A DNA stretch of 64,000 bases from the NCBI GenBank assembly GCA_951406725.2, contig OX597816.1, forward strand, positions 36,084,001 through 36,148,000, in the 5' to 3' direction. The stretch is from Octopus vulgaris. Taxonomy: Eukaryota. The notes beneath the pieces are model-generated. The model saw only the letters and a list, made by a program, of their open reading frames with translations. It ran no database searches and was not told the DNA's origin. The translations under genes and the position numbers were made by a program. Positions 1 through 13,022 of the stretch are shown in pieces. Within the stretch, counting starts at the first letter, position 1; each line of letters starts with the position of its first letter.

Positions 1-429
1 AAATATGGTAAGAAAATGACAGTTATAATTAGAGCTTCGCAAAAGTTAGAGAAGGGAATAAAAAGATAATGGCCATTTCTAGAGAGAATTATATTGATCA
101 ATGATTTTATCGATAAAGGAAAGAAAAGTTGAAAGAGAACATATTTTATAAATGAATGAGCTCAGTTAAGAAAGATGCTTCTTTACGATATAGCCATCAT
201 GTTTACATATTTCATAAATTCATGGGATTTGAACCAACGGCATTTACCAAACGTTTGAGAAATATCTGTTACTATCGCACAATGTAACAAAAAGTATATG
301 CATTTACATACGGGCGCGCGTATACCTACAGATATAAATGCATATACACACACATATAAGTTTACTAGAATTATTTTAATTTGACATAGTTCAGCGACTC
401 TTCTTTCTCTTCTCCATTGTTGACATTGG

Positions 430-1250
430 GATCTAGACGATGGAGAGCTGTAGTTTTTCTTCATCTACGAGATGTCGCCGTTCACTTAAGTAATGAACCC
501 GAAAGATGAGGCATTTAAAGAAAAGCAATCCACTATTGAAGTATAGCCTTTAAAGACGACAGTGGAAAGTTTTGGAATCAGAAAACGTATGCAATGCGGG
601 TACCTTAACAGGTGACAACCGCGTTGAGGGTGAAGAATATCTTCTCTGATTTACCCAATGATGGTAAAGCCTATGCTTTGTGCAACCTAGCGGGGGAGTA
701 AAAGGGAAGCATATTGCTACGATCCGAAAACAAATACTCACTTCAGGACATGAACTTCTGCAGGTTCAAAATCCAGTGATCGACAAAGAAAGATTTTAAA
801 ATTGGTATGAGAGTTTTTAAATTCTCGATTATTTTCGAGACAATGATCAGTATATATACGGATCAGTACCGCAAAAGATGATCAGTATACAAAGACACTG
901 ATATGAATGGAACTTCTTTGGAAACAAAGACTGAACAATCTGAAAGTTATCCTCATTCACCAAGATAATGCATTGCCATTCATATCTTCGGCAACATATC
1001 AGTCTGCAGTTTGGGCTGGTTAGTGGTCTCCCAACCATCGTGTTTCGCGTATCTTTCGCCTCCAAAAGTTGGTCCAAGGATGAATAGTCTTTAAGGACAA
1101 AGATTTGATCTAACACACAAGGTGAAAGCGGCTGTGAAGTAATTGCTAATACGGGGTTAACCTGGATATTATCAAAGTTGATTCGAGAGTTGGGATTACT
1201 TCCGCCGAAAAGGTTTCGCTTGACGGTGGTGATTATGCTCAGTACTACAT
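430..1250 (+). mobile_element. Highly decayed mariner-type transposase pseudogene
   Basis: Plus-strand frames give YAMRVP*QVT (~ARWVPKQLT), YDPKTN, VILIHQDNALP, LGWLVVSQPSCFAYLSP (~LGWEVLPHPPYSPDLAP), GQRF...VKAAVK and LDGGDY. The minus ORF 847-1296 is its antisense. Confidence 0.75.
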
Positions 1251-2072
1251 TTCTATCTATACAAAAATATTCTGCTAACAAACATTGAACAACCAATATC
1301 AGTTAATGAAAATTGTACGCCCACTTTTGCATTACTGTAGAGAAAAGCCTCACATAAGCGCTCACAAATTTTATTATATATAAGTGTATAAACATTCTTT
1401 ATGTAAAAGAAAAACTGTATAAACTAATAAGAATTTCATTCTTGTATGAATATTCTTCAAGTACGCAACAGTAGCAATGTTCTTTAAAGGCTGATAAAAC
1501 TGAAATTACGATTCCCCTTTATTTGTTCCTTGGTTGAATTTAGTTTCTCTTTTTACCAATTTCTTCTGATAACTCTGCCACACCTAATTTCAATATCAGT
1601 TCAGTCAAACATTAATTTCCTTTCTATTTCTTTGCTGTTGCTAAATTAAATTTTACGATATCACACGTATTCTATGCACAAGTGTTGGGTTTTCATCACC
1701 CGAGGACTCAATTTTTATCAGATCTTAATTTGAAGCTACGGAAATATTTGCTTATTGCTCTAAGCCTTTTCCAGTTTTCGTAATGTATAATGAAAAACTA
1801 CCAACGAATGTTATATGTATCTTTTTATAAATGATTTGCACACTCATTGAATGATTGAACCAAACATTTTCTATTGACAGTTTTCGTATTCTATTGTCAG
1901 TATCAAGCACAGTCCTCAGTGAGTATTTAATATACATGGGGTTATAATATACAAAAGAATGTGTATGTATGTTTGCCTTAGTGTGTCTGTGTGTCTGTGT
2001 GTACCAGTCAAGTACTGGAATGATGGAGTCGATGTATTCGACTTACTCCTCTCCCGGAAATTCTGGTTTACG

Positions 2073-2103
<31 letters not shown>

Positions 2104-2393
2104 AATATTGAAGGAAAAGGAAATGAAGAATAAATGGATGTAGGAATAATTAATTTGTATGTTATAAAATGATGAAAACTCTATTAATTATATACTTATT
2201 AGTACCAGAATTTATATCTTTCACTTTATATGCTCTATTAATATGTAATAATATGCCGGAATATAAGTACGTATAAAAGAAAAAAGGATGACGTATGTTC
2301 CATAAGCTTATAATTAACCCCGAAGAGGTCCTTCCTTGAAGATGTTCCCATAGTTAGACTATGATACCTTTCTTAACATTTAACCAAATATTT

Positions 2394-2443
2394 AGAACTT
2401 CTGACGCGGTAGTTGATAGTACTGAAACATATATGTAGATTCT
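2394..2443 (+). ncRNA. Degenerate minimal type I hammerhead ribozyme in a ~530 bp module between (TA)n tracts
   Basis: agaactt-CTGACGC-ggta..tact-GAAA-CATATATG-TA-gattct. Palindromic stem III, GUA site, one core substitution (A9>C). Confidence 0.55.
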
Positions 2444-2628
2444 TTTATTTTATTCTCTTAGAGCTTTACATTTTGTATTCAATTCATTTGTACTGTTAAG
2501 TTTTTTGACAGAAATTTCGATCATTTTATAACATACAAGTGAATTATTCAGACATCCATTTTTTTCTCTATTTACTTTTCCTTCAATCGTGATACTATAT
2601 AATTTCAATAATCCTTAACATACACCAG

Positions 2629-2725
<97 letters not shown>

Positions 2726-3842
2726 CGCGTTTGTGCGTGAATTTGTGAATTTGTGAATTTAACGGTTCTTTGACTATGCATAGAAAAATGGGCTCAAAGA
2801 TAGAAGCAATATTTCTTACTAACTGAATCACTGTGCCTAAGTTCTATGCATACAGTTACTGACAGTCACTCCAATAATTTTTTTGTGAATTGTTTGTAAT
2901 TTTCTTACAATTTGCCCGCACTCAGTTCTCTTTCAACATTAGTTACTATTTCTCACTCTGACTTCTATATCTACATCCATTGATTCTCAATTCCTGTTAC
3001 CGTTTTGACCAGTGAAATGTCTTTTCCCTTTCAGTTGAACTACCGAGCTGACATTCTCATCTTTCGTCCGACGTTACCTCAATAACTTCGTGACTAAGCC
3101 CTAGAAAAATAACTTCGTGTTTTGTCACGGGTTTTGCAACATTAACTTTGTTGTATTTTCATCTTAATGGGCGAAAATTACATTTTTATCGCAAAACCCC
3201 ATGCTTATGAGGATTTACGGTATTTTTGTTCCTTGCAAAATGTTATAATTTGCGTATGTCCTAATAAAGCAAACACATATGCCCACACATATATCAACAT
3301 ATACACACACATACACACACAGGCACTCACATATATATGTGTATGTGTATATCTGTATGAATATACGTATATATATATATATATATACGTATGTGTGATT
3401 AGAGCCAGTTGTGACACAATTGGCTCTTGTGGAAGCTATGTAGCTTTTTAGATAAATAAAAAGCATATATATATATATTCCTACACACACATATATAAGC
3501 ACATATAAATACATACATATATACATACATACAAGCGTACATACATACATATATACATACACATATAAGGACATGTATGTGTGTGCATGTATGTATATAT
3601 GTATCATTTCATATATAGAGTATTTAAGTCCGAGCAAATATTTCATGGGAACAAATAAGAAACTCCCAAACTTTAGAGCACGCTGTGATTTTCCCAGCTA
3701 GCCTTCAGACACAATTATACAGCATTGCTGCCCAAAATCGCTGATTTTTATGAGAACACATGGTATGCTGTAGAAGGTAGATGTTTATTGCATTTTTTAC
3801 AGCATGAATATAATATTAGTTCCAATTAAAATACTTTGTACG

Positions 3843-3993
3843 TTGGTTTTAAATTTTGTCACGAGGTCAGCAATTTAAAGGGAGGTATATGCTTTATCGA
3901 ACTCGCAAAAGTGAAACGCAAAGTTGAGCTTCGTGGAATTCGATCTCAGAAAGTAATGATGGCCTACTAACGATTTTGCCAGCTCGTCACCTT
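3843..3993 (-). mobile_element. Degenerate SINE, family B (Meta-domain-like)
   Basis: Reverse-complement similarity to 11343-11570 (gagctggcaaaatcgttag...gaattccacg...tttcact). Confidence 0.6.
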
Positions 3994-4090
3994 ATATACT
4001 ATGAATATTAAGTGATATTTGTTACTTTCACTGGATGGAATGTTTCTTCTCTTTATATGATGCCGTCGATAACGAAACATTAAATTTATA

Positions 4091-4168
<78 letters not shown>

Positions 4169-4185
4169 TGTGTATGTGTATGTGT

Positions 4186-4218
<33 letters not shown>

Positions 4219-4409
4219 TCAGTGTGCTGGGAGACTCGTCTCCGCGCCGGACAAAACGATTGGCATCATCTCTTCCGAATTTGCGTTCTGAGTGCAAATG
4301 GTATGAGAGTAGACTTTACCTTCGCTGTTGATAAAATAAGTACCAGTTGAGTTCTGGGTTTGATATGATCCACTTACACTCTCCAACGGAATTTGCTTAT
4401 ATATATATA

Positions 4410-4870
4410 TATTAATCCAAACATTTCTATTTTCGAGATTTAAAATCCCTCAGCTGTCTTGAGGAGAATACGCCCCATAGTACATAAATGCAAATATTTA
4501 TACATACCCATACGAATAATACATATTCACACGTATATATACATGTATTCATACACATATACGAGTCAAATCTAATTTGTTTACCTTAGTCACGTGCGTT
4601 TACGACCAAAATAATACCGCAGTGAATATAAATTAATCAGAATACATTATATATATTTATACGGATTCCTCTCCCAGCCACAGCCTGAAAGCGAAAGCAT
4701 ATAAAAGGATAGGAGAATAATTAAGGATAAAACCATTATAAAGACTTTCGCGTGTGGCCAGCATGTAATGAAAACCATATAAGTAGCAATTAATACTAAT
4801 ATATAATTATAGAGATATAATTATAGGGATAGACGCCAAATAGCGCTAAAACATATCTTGTATGTTGTAC
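4410..4870 (-). mobile_element. Inverted copy of a Penelope pseudo-LTR-like module, same family as 6392-6900
   Basis: The reverse complement aligns block by block with 6407-6720 and 6781-6830 (attagtattaattg...ttacatgctggccac...; atttatattcact...ggtcgtaaa; tattct.ct.aaga..gc.gagggatttta). Confidence 0.75.
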
Positions 4871-4959
4871 TTCAATATGTATTACAAGATGTGGTTTTAG
4901 CACTATTTTAGCGGGTTTATCCCTCGCATGTTGGTGTTGTTTTTCAGCACCCATTATTA

Positions 4960-6259
4960 CCAGTTCATTAAGAATGAAATGTCCGATTTTAAACTGAAAG
5001 TTTACTTTACTTTATCTCTCAAAAAAGCAAAACAAAACAATGAAGTCAATCAAAACACGCACCTAAATTCTCAACAAAATGTTGCCATTTTGTCGGTAGC
5101 TTATTTATGCCGGCAGCAATGAATTCTGCAGAGAAAGAGGCAATGAAATCACAAAAGGTTGTTTCTGCATCTTTTTTTGATTTGAAGAATTTCCTTGCAA
5201 AAGTTTGTCTAAAGCCCGGAAAACATGATAGTCATTTGGTGCAAGGTATGTTGAATATGGTGGATGGCAGAGTACTTACAAGTTCAGTTCCTGTAACATG
5301 AGTAGTGTTCTTTGTACAACATATGGTCAAGCATTGTCTTGCAAGGGAATTAGCCTGTCTGCACTCACCAGTCTCGATTGTTTAATTGCAAGTTCACTCA
5401 TCGTTTAATCCAATTGGTTGATGTATACATCCGCTGTATTTGACTTACAAGGTCACATGAAGATGTAGTGGATGACACGAGCGCTGGGCTTCCAAAGAGA
5501 CGCGAATAACTTTATTTTTGGTAAATTCTTTATTGGATTGTGTTTTGCCACTTCATCTCTATCCAACCAACCTGCAGAATACTTGCTATTGTTGAAACGA
5601 ATCCATTTTAAATCACACGTTACAAAACGATGCAAAAATGGTTTTACTTTTATGCCGTGACATCAAAGACCAGCCAGTTTCAAGTCTATGTGTAATTTGT
5701 GGCTCGTTCAGTTCGTGTGCTACCCACTTGTCCAACTTCTTTATCTTGCTGATTTGTCTTAGATGGTCCAATTCAGTTGGAAATGAAACATCAAACCGCG
5801 CTGCAAACTCACACGTAGGTTGAAATATAACCACTTCCACTACAGTTTCCAGTTCATCATTATCCACCTTTGTCTCAGGCTGATTTTCAAGAGAAAAGTC
5901 ACCAGATCAGACCTTCCCAAACTATCAACGTACAATGCAGTCATTAGCCGTATCTTCAAACACGTCATTGATGTTTCGAGCTGTCTGGGACGCATTGGTT
6001 CCTCGATGGAACTCATATTCATAAACAACACGAATGCTTGATCTCTCCATGGGTTAACAAAAATTGAATAACAAGGGAAATCTCACAATATAATCAGTCG
6101 CCATGAATTGCATTTCGAAAATTGATTATGTAACCCTTCAATGTTGTAAAACAATGAAATTTTGAGGATAAAACCTTAGCGTTAACAACTGTCAAACTCG
6201 GTGTATAAGAAAATCGGTGTTTCATTTTTAATATCCTCACACACACACATATATGTATG

Positions 6260-6327
<68 letters not shown>

Positions 6328-6391
6328 TTGTCTGTCTGTCTGTCAAACATGTTGCATAAGAAAATCGGACCTTTCAGTCTGAAAGACCTGT
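4960..6391 (-). mobile_element. Full-length decayed mariner element, transposase ~6050 to ~5045
   Basis: TIRs ccagttcattaagaatgaaatgtccgatttt and aaaatcggacctttcagtctgaaagacctgt, flanked by TA. Translations DKWVAHELNE, RFVTCDLKWIRFNN, QDNA. Homologous to 26385-27515. Confidence 0.9.
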
Positions 6392-6900
6392 TAAAATTAT
6401 TTCTTTATTAGTATTAATTGTTACCGATATGATTTTATTACATGCTGGCCACTTGATAAAAATCTTTATAATGATTTTATCGTTAATTATGTATAGATAT
6501 ATATATTATTTACTCTGATCAATTTATATTCACTACCGTATTATTTCGGTCGTAAATGTGCGAGGTTGAGTTGAAAAAATTAAATTTGCCGAATATATTT
6601 ATATATACATGTGAACATATAGTATTCGTATGAATATGTATAAATATTTCTATTTACATGCTGTGGGTCATATTCTACTGAAGACGGCAGAGGGATTTTA
6701 TACCTCTAAGATAGAAATCGATCTATAATTAACCACTTTAAGTAAAAAATCTTATTTATTCATTTTCTCGCTTTGGTGTTGTTTAGCACATTTTATTATA
6801 ATTGTATCTTTAGAATGATATATCAGTATTAATTGTTACCCATATTGTTTTTATTACATGCTGGTGTCTTGATAAAGTCTTTATAACGACTTTCCCTTAA
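6392..6900 (+). mobile_element. ORF-less pseudo-LTR/retrozyme-like module with ~415 bp period and HHR-like core
   Basis: Direct repeat 6411-6478 / 6826-6893. CTGAAGA at 6678, agagg/cctct hairpin, GAAATCGATC at 6714. Confidence 0.6.
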
Positions 6901-7655
6901 GTATATACATATATATATATACATATATATATATATGCTAAAGCTAGCGTCGTATAGATGTCTACGGAAGTTTGTTCACATAAATCTGAACTTAATTTCT
7001 GCCTACTTCATCCAGGGCATGTAAATACGATGTAGAATATAGGTTATAAAATCTGCCTTCGGCGAGAGTGTATGAGTTTGAAGAACACATGTATGTATAT
7101 AGAATATCACGAATTTCTATTGTTCCCTGACGCTAAATTACGTAGCCTGATGAAAATATTTTAGATTTTAGCCTACAGTATTATGAGTCTTGTTCAGATA
7201 GTAGACTTTTCGGGCGACATAAGTTATGGTTCATTCGAATCTGCTGCCAAGGTTAGTCTGTTACGTCATTGCAATTCTATTCCATTGATACATACTTTAT
7301 TAACCTGACTTGTATTTATCACCCATCATACATGCATACATAAATCCATATATTTTATTATGTCCACGCGTGGTCTGAAAAATTAAACGTTTCTAATGTA
7401 GGCAATGCATCTCGATTTACTCGAGATTTTCTTGTAGTTCTCATATGTACTTCCCCACAATATTATAAGTACTACCATTTTTCTCTTATTAAATATTTGT
7501 TTCTTAGTATGACTCAGTATCTATTCTTAATGTACATAAACGTAATATCTAGAATAATTTAGTTCATTCGGGTGACAACTCAAACCGCCCAATTTATATG
7601 CGTTTACTTATGCTTAAATGGTAAATATATGTTATTGTATCTGTTTATTTATTGA

Positions 7656-8048
7656 CTAGCAGTATCGCCCGCCGTTGCTCGGGTTTGTAAGGGAAATAAC
7701 TATATAAGCATTTTTAAAGATGTAAAGTATAATAGCCATCTCAATATGGCTAACCACAAAGGGGGGTGTTACTGTAGCTTTTTACGTTCTGAGATTTAAT
7801 AAATTTTTAGAGAGTTACTTCCCTTATATATGCCAAAAATGCATTAAAAATGGGAAAAATTTATGGTAAATTCTTTTTAAAATCGTAGACTCATCGTAGA
7901 CGCGCGCTAATACCCGGAATGGATCGATATGAATCACGACTATAAGATACCCGGTTTTGGTTAAACTGCACCGCAAAATGCGGGAGTAGTTAGGAATCTA
8001 AATCGTAGGAGACAGACAGCAAAAAAACCTTACTTTTATATATAAAGA
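7656..8048 (-). mobile_element. Non-autonomous Helitron (~390 bp)
   Basis: Minus strand starts A|TCtttatatataaaag and ends with hairpin cccgagcaacggcggg followed by ...CTAG|T. Confidence 0.85.
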
Positions 8049-8089
8049 TATTCCAAAGTTTGTCATTTATTATTACCTGTCATTGTTAT

Positions 8090-8458
8090 GATTATCGTTG
8101 TTATTACAGATCTCGCAAAGGAGTATTTTTATATTAGTATTACAGCGGAAATTCTCTTACAAGTTACTATCAAAATAAATGTCAAATACCCCCAATGAAC
8201 ATATAATAATGTTAACGTCCACTTTGACAGATATGTGCTGTTGTGGATAAATATTTCGACCAGAATATTTCACTAGGATTATTGTTGTTGTTGCAGATGT
8301 CGCAAACGCGTATTATTATATTAATATTACAGTGGAAATTCTCTTAAAAGATACTATGAAATAAATGTCAAATACCCCAATAAACATATAATAAGGCTAA
8401 CGTCCACTTTGACAGATATGTGCTGGTGTGGCTAAATATTTCGACCAGAATATTTCAT
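8090..8458. repeat. Two-copy tandem duplication, ~185 bp unit
   Basis: 8090-8274 and 8277-8458 share ...aaataaatgtcaaatacccc...cgtccactttgacagatatgtgctg...cgaccagaatatttca. Confidence 0.9.
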
Positions 8459-9608
8459 TAGTAGTTTATTTAACATGATCAGATCAGTGGAATGTAAGAA
8501 TGATAATGGCTGTGTTTTACATTTGAAAATAAATGAACACATCATAGTATTTGTTCATTAATCAATTTGTTGTTTGTAATATAGTGCTCATTATATGGAA
8601 TCCGACCGTATTTAAAATGTTCGTTCTTGTCTATGCAGCTGCCACTTCAGTTTCTGATATATTTGTTGTCAGAATGAAATATATTTACACATTACAATTA
8701 CAATACTTACTGCTGCTTTAAGATGTCTATTTCATAAATGAATGAGTAGCTGGTGATATATTCCCACAATGTGCTATATTATTATAGTGTATTGACACAT
8801 CTATTAAATTTATGAAAGCAATGCAAATACTCAGCAAAAAGTAAATGAAAGTATGTATAAATTGACAAATGTACTTGATGCCACATACACTTTTATCTTG
8901 ACTGAAAATCGTAGGTGGAATCTGGTTAAATGTTATCTTGAATATATTGCATTAATGTTTGTTAAGTAAAATCAAGAATCCAAATTAACCAGTGATGTGT
9001 TACCAAAATGTAATAAATATTGAAGTGCAAAGATATGTAAAACTTATTAGATCTAAGTGGTGTGGTATATGAACTGTCCTGGCTTAGAGAATGTGGTAAG
9101 TATTAGTTTTCCTGTTTTCTTTATTTTTCTTCTTTCTTTTCTCCTATTTTATTTTTTTCCTCTAAGCAGCTATAACAGAAGAAAGCTGGTTAGATCATTT
9201 TATCTAAATAGAGACGGAAGATTTTTCGCGTTCATATTTGAATTTCTTGCGTTTCTGTTGTCTTACTTTCTTTTATTCGCTCCTTAACTTGGTGGCCATC
9301 TAACAAGAAGGCAAACGACAATAAACATCTGCTGTGAGACAACTTCACTTATGTACATGCATGACATGTTGAATGGAGTCCCAAACATAAAGGACAATAG
9401 CAAGATGGTTCGAAACGAACGTTGTAACTAATAAAGGTTTAATGCTGAATCTATTATATGTTAATTAATGTAATTACCATAACTTCAACTGCGGAGTTCC
9501 TGAAGTAGATCCAACGTAAGTGTACCACGGCTGCGGATGACATCAAGTAGCCTAAAAATTGCCAGTGCCCTACTCAGCATTTAAACACACATAAACGACA
9601 TAAACGTA

Positions 9609-9779
9609 GGCGCAGGAGTGGCTGTGTGGTAAGTAGCTTGCTTACCAACCACATGGTTCCGGGTTCAGCCCCACTGCGTGGCATCTTGGGCAAGTGTCTT
9701 CTGCTATAGCCCCGGGCCGACCAATGCCTTGTGAGTGGATTTGGTGGACGGAAACTGAAAGAGGCCTGTCGTATATATG

Positions 9780-9813
<34 letters not shown>

Positions 9814-10000
9814 CCTGTGTTTGTCCCCCTAGCATTGCTGACAACCGATGCTGGTGTGTTTACGTGCCCGTCACCTAGCGGTTCGGCAAAAGAGACCGAT
9901 AGAATAAGTACTGGGCTTACAAAGAATAAGTCCTGGGGTCGACTAAAGGCGGTGCTCCAGCATGGCCGCAGTCAAATGACTGAAACAAGTAAAAGAGAGT
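9609..10000 (+). mobile_element. tRNA-derived SINE, family A (internal TA/TG microsatellite)
   Basis: ggcgcaggagtggctgtgtggtaag (A box), gggttcagccc (B box); near-identical copies at 19736, 43804, 57077 and 62378. Confidence 0.95.
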
Positions 10001-10067
10001 ATACTTATTAGTGCAAAATATTTATTATTATTATCATCATACACACACACACGCACACATATATTTA

Positions 10068-10900
10068 CATACGGGGTCTTATCAGTAACGAAGCAAAAAC
10101 ACGCAGTGAAGTTGCTTGTCACAGATTGACCTTGAAGTCTGCTACGTTCTAGCTCGCCTCCTCTGTTTACAGCAGCACTTGGAAGGAAGATGTGTTGCGT
10201 GTGATTGTTGCATCGACTTTGACAGAAAGTTGAGCACAGAATCTGTATCAAATATTCCTAAATGTTTGGTGATACCTGCTCAGAGACCTACGCAAAATTT
10301 TCAAAAAGTTTTCAACGTTCTCAGCACAATCAAGGAGACCTGAAATCCAAGTGTCGATTTGGTCAGCTGTAAAGAGTTTCGGCACAAACTTGGCAGACAC
10401 GCGTCGCATACCCAAATCTTCAATTATAATGGACTAAACTGAACCGTAACTCATCTGCACGTCCTCTGATGACTCACGGACTTCGCTAACTTCAAGATTT
10501 CACAGATGTAGATGCCTGTTGCATAACAATAGATTTGTGTAGCTCCAGTATTATCTTATTACAAAAGGGTTTTTTTTTCGATCTCATATTGGACGAAGAC
10601 GTTGAAATACTGACTTTGCTTTATCAATCCTGACTTCAACTTTTGTGTTCTCTTCGTTGGGAATATATCTTCCGTGATAAGTAAGATTATCAAAGTACTG
10701 GATTTCATTTTCTCTGGGATTGTCAAGTTATGCTTGCGCACTACCAAGTGGCATAGCTTTGGTCTCTCCAGCGTTGATTTGCAGCACTGATTCTTCCCCA
10801 AATTGAACAGACTGTCATGGCCTGCAACGTATTTCTATCAGAGCTTTGTAAACCCAACATGTCAGCAAAATCCATATTTCTCATTCTGTCCAATCACGAC
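10068..10900 (-). mobile_element. Internally deleted mariner relic, interrupted by an RTE fragment
   Basis: Minus translation LGMRRVSAKFVPKLFTADQ near 10350-10420; TIR-like tacggggtcttatcag at the left end. Right boundary uncertain. Confidence 0.7.
10563..10800 (-). mobile_element. RTE-clade LINE reverse transcriptase fragment
   Basis: VLQINAGETKAM...FDNLTYHGRYI...EVRIDKAKSVFQRLRPI*, resembling the RTE RT C-terminal/thumb region. Confidence 0.75.
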
Positions 10901-11342
10901 GTAATTCCGAAACTGGTGCTTGTCCATGTCTTACGTATGATGACGTCAATCGTTATAAGGAAAGAAATAGCGACATGGTGCACCGCTGTCTCACTCCGGT
11001 AGCAATTTCGAGCATATCGGTGATTCCACTGCTCGTCTTCAGGCAACACTGCGAGTTGCAGTACAGAAACTTAACGTTGATGAGATATCAGCTCGAGACC
11101 CCGGACAATATAACTTACGCAATGTAGAGTCTATAAATGAGAAGACAAATATGTAGACATATAAGGTTTCAACTGTCTATACGATCGTTGTAGTTTAGAA
11201 TGAAGGCGTCAGCTGTGACATTACTAGCTTTGTAAAGATGTATTTTCGATTTCACCTCTGTTTTTGATAATACAAAATTGAAATCAATAGTGGCTGTAGT
11301 ATTTTGATTTAGTAGTACTATGGATTTTAATACCTTTCTAAG

Positions 11343-12113
11343 ACGGAGGAGCTGGCAGAATCGTTAGCACGCCGGGCGAAATGCGTAGCCGTATTTTGTC
11401 TGCCGCTACGGTCTGAGTTCAAATTCCGCCTAGGACGACTTTGCCTTTCATCCTTTCGGGGTTAATAATTAAAGTACCAGTTTCGCACTGGGGTCGATGT
11501 AATCGACTTAATCCCTTTGTCTGTCCTTGTTTGTCCCCTCTATGTTTAGCCCCTTGTAGGTAGTAAAGAGATATATATCATTTGCACGTTGTGGTAAAAA
11601 TGCCAACATCACTACGCAAATGATACTGCCATCATCTATAAAAGTTAACCCAAAGTTTCGCCGCTGTGCCTTCCGTCATCTACAAAAGTCATGCCCGAGT
11701 CATTAAGACTTTAATTCACTTCTACTGGCCCAGTTTTCTTTAACATCCAGTTACGCACTGGGGTCGATCTAATCGACTTAATCCCTTTGTCTGTCCTTGT
11801 TTGTCCCCTCTATGTTTAGCCCCTTGTGGACAATAAAGAAATAAGAATCGTTAGCTGGTTGCACAAAATGCTTAACGGCATTCTCCCCGTCTTATAGGGC
11901 GGCGAACTGGCAGAATCGTTAGCAAGTCGAGCAAAATGGTTAACGGCATTTCACTCGTCTTTACTTTCTGCGTTCAAAAATCCGCTGGAGTCAAGATTGT
12001 ATTTCATCCATTTCGGGGTCGATAAATTGAGTACGAATGGAGTGCTGGTGTCGATGTAATCGATTTAGTTCCTCCCCCGAACTTGCAGGTCTTGTGCCAA
12101 AATTTGAAACCAG
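11343..12113 (+). mobile_element. Cluster of family B SINEs (11343-11570, partial 11749-11895, 11897-12113)
   Basis: gagctggcagaatcgttagc...gagttcaaattcc (B box)...ctttcatcctttcgggg..ataa..aagtaccag (Meta-like central domain). Confidence 0.9.
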
Positions 12114-12654
12114 ATTTAATGCATTTTTCTTCTAGATAAAATGCAGGTAAAATATAAATATACTTGACAAGGTAAAGAATGAATTTGAAATATGTGTGTA
12201 AATATCATTAAAAAATCAATCATCATTAAGGTTTTTGAGTTCTCTATTGACGTCATCAACATAAGCATTATGATGAATAGGTTCGTTTTGATTGTAATAT
12301 ACACCGACGCAGGCTTTGCACTAGCATTGACTGTTTATATATTCCACACATAACTATTGTCTCTATAGCCATAAACTCCATGCGCATTCTTTTATATTAT
12401 CACGATTTTCATCGTCTAGCTGCGCTTGTTTATGGACTATATATATTAAGGCATAATACTGATTCCATTGGAATCACGAACACGTCTCACGAAATATTGA
12501 GAGATCTACAATACTAAGATATTCTATAGTCTTGAAAAAAATTGACATTTTATCACTCTGTATAGGTCAGGGCACATTGCACTAATGACCTCCTTGTCAA
12601 TTCGTCACGTCTCCCCATTATTATCATCCCTAACATTATCATCCCTAAAGAGAT

Positions 12655-12909
12655 TTTCCTCCTCAGTCTCCTCATTTTCTTCTACCTCCTCATCCTTCCC
12701 CTCCTCTTCCGTATCATCATCTTCATCGTCTTCTTCTTCGTCGTCATCATCGTCGTCGCCATCGTCGTCATCATCAACATGATCGTGGTTGTCATCATCA
12801 TCATCATCATCATCATCATCAACATGATCGTGATCGTCGTCATCATAATCAACTGGATCATTTTCATGATGATATCATGACAGTGGTTTGGGAATGGAAA
12901 TGGAGAAGG

Positions 12910-12976
<67 letters not shown>

Positions 12977-13022
12977 GGTGGGGTTGATGACGAGAATGAT
13001 GGTGATGATCATGATAACGATG
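12655..13022. repeat. Opposed trinucleotide low-complexity tracts, (TCA/TCG/TCC)n then (TGA/TGG)n
   Basis: Directly visible. Confidence 0.95.

Noticed and set aside
847-1296. 149-aa minus-strand ORF as a host gene
   Set aside because: It is the antisense of a decayed mariner transposase.
8706-8775. Possible short minus-strand exon ending in gtaagt
   Set aside because: Weak acceptor and unrecognisable peptide.
12136-12146. Possible 11-nt microexon (ttttcttctag|ATAAAATGCAG|gtaaaa)
   Set aside because: Splice-like motifs are frequent by chance in AT-rich DNA; no supporting neighbouring exons.
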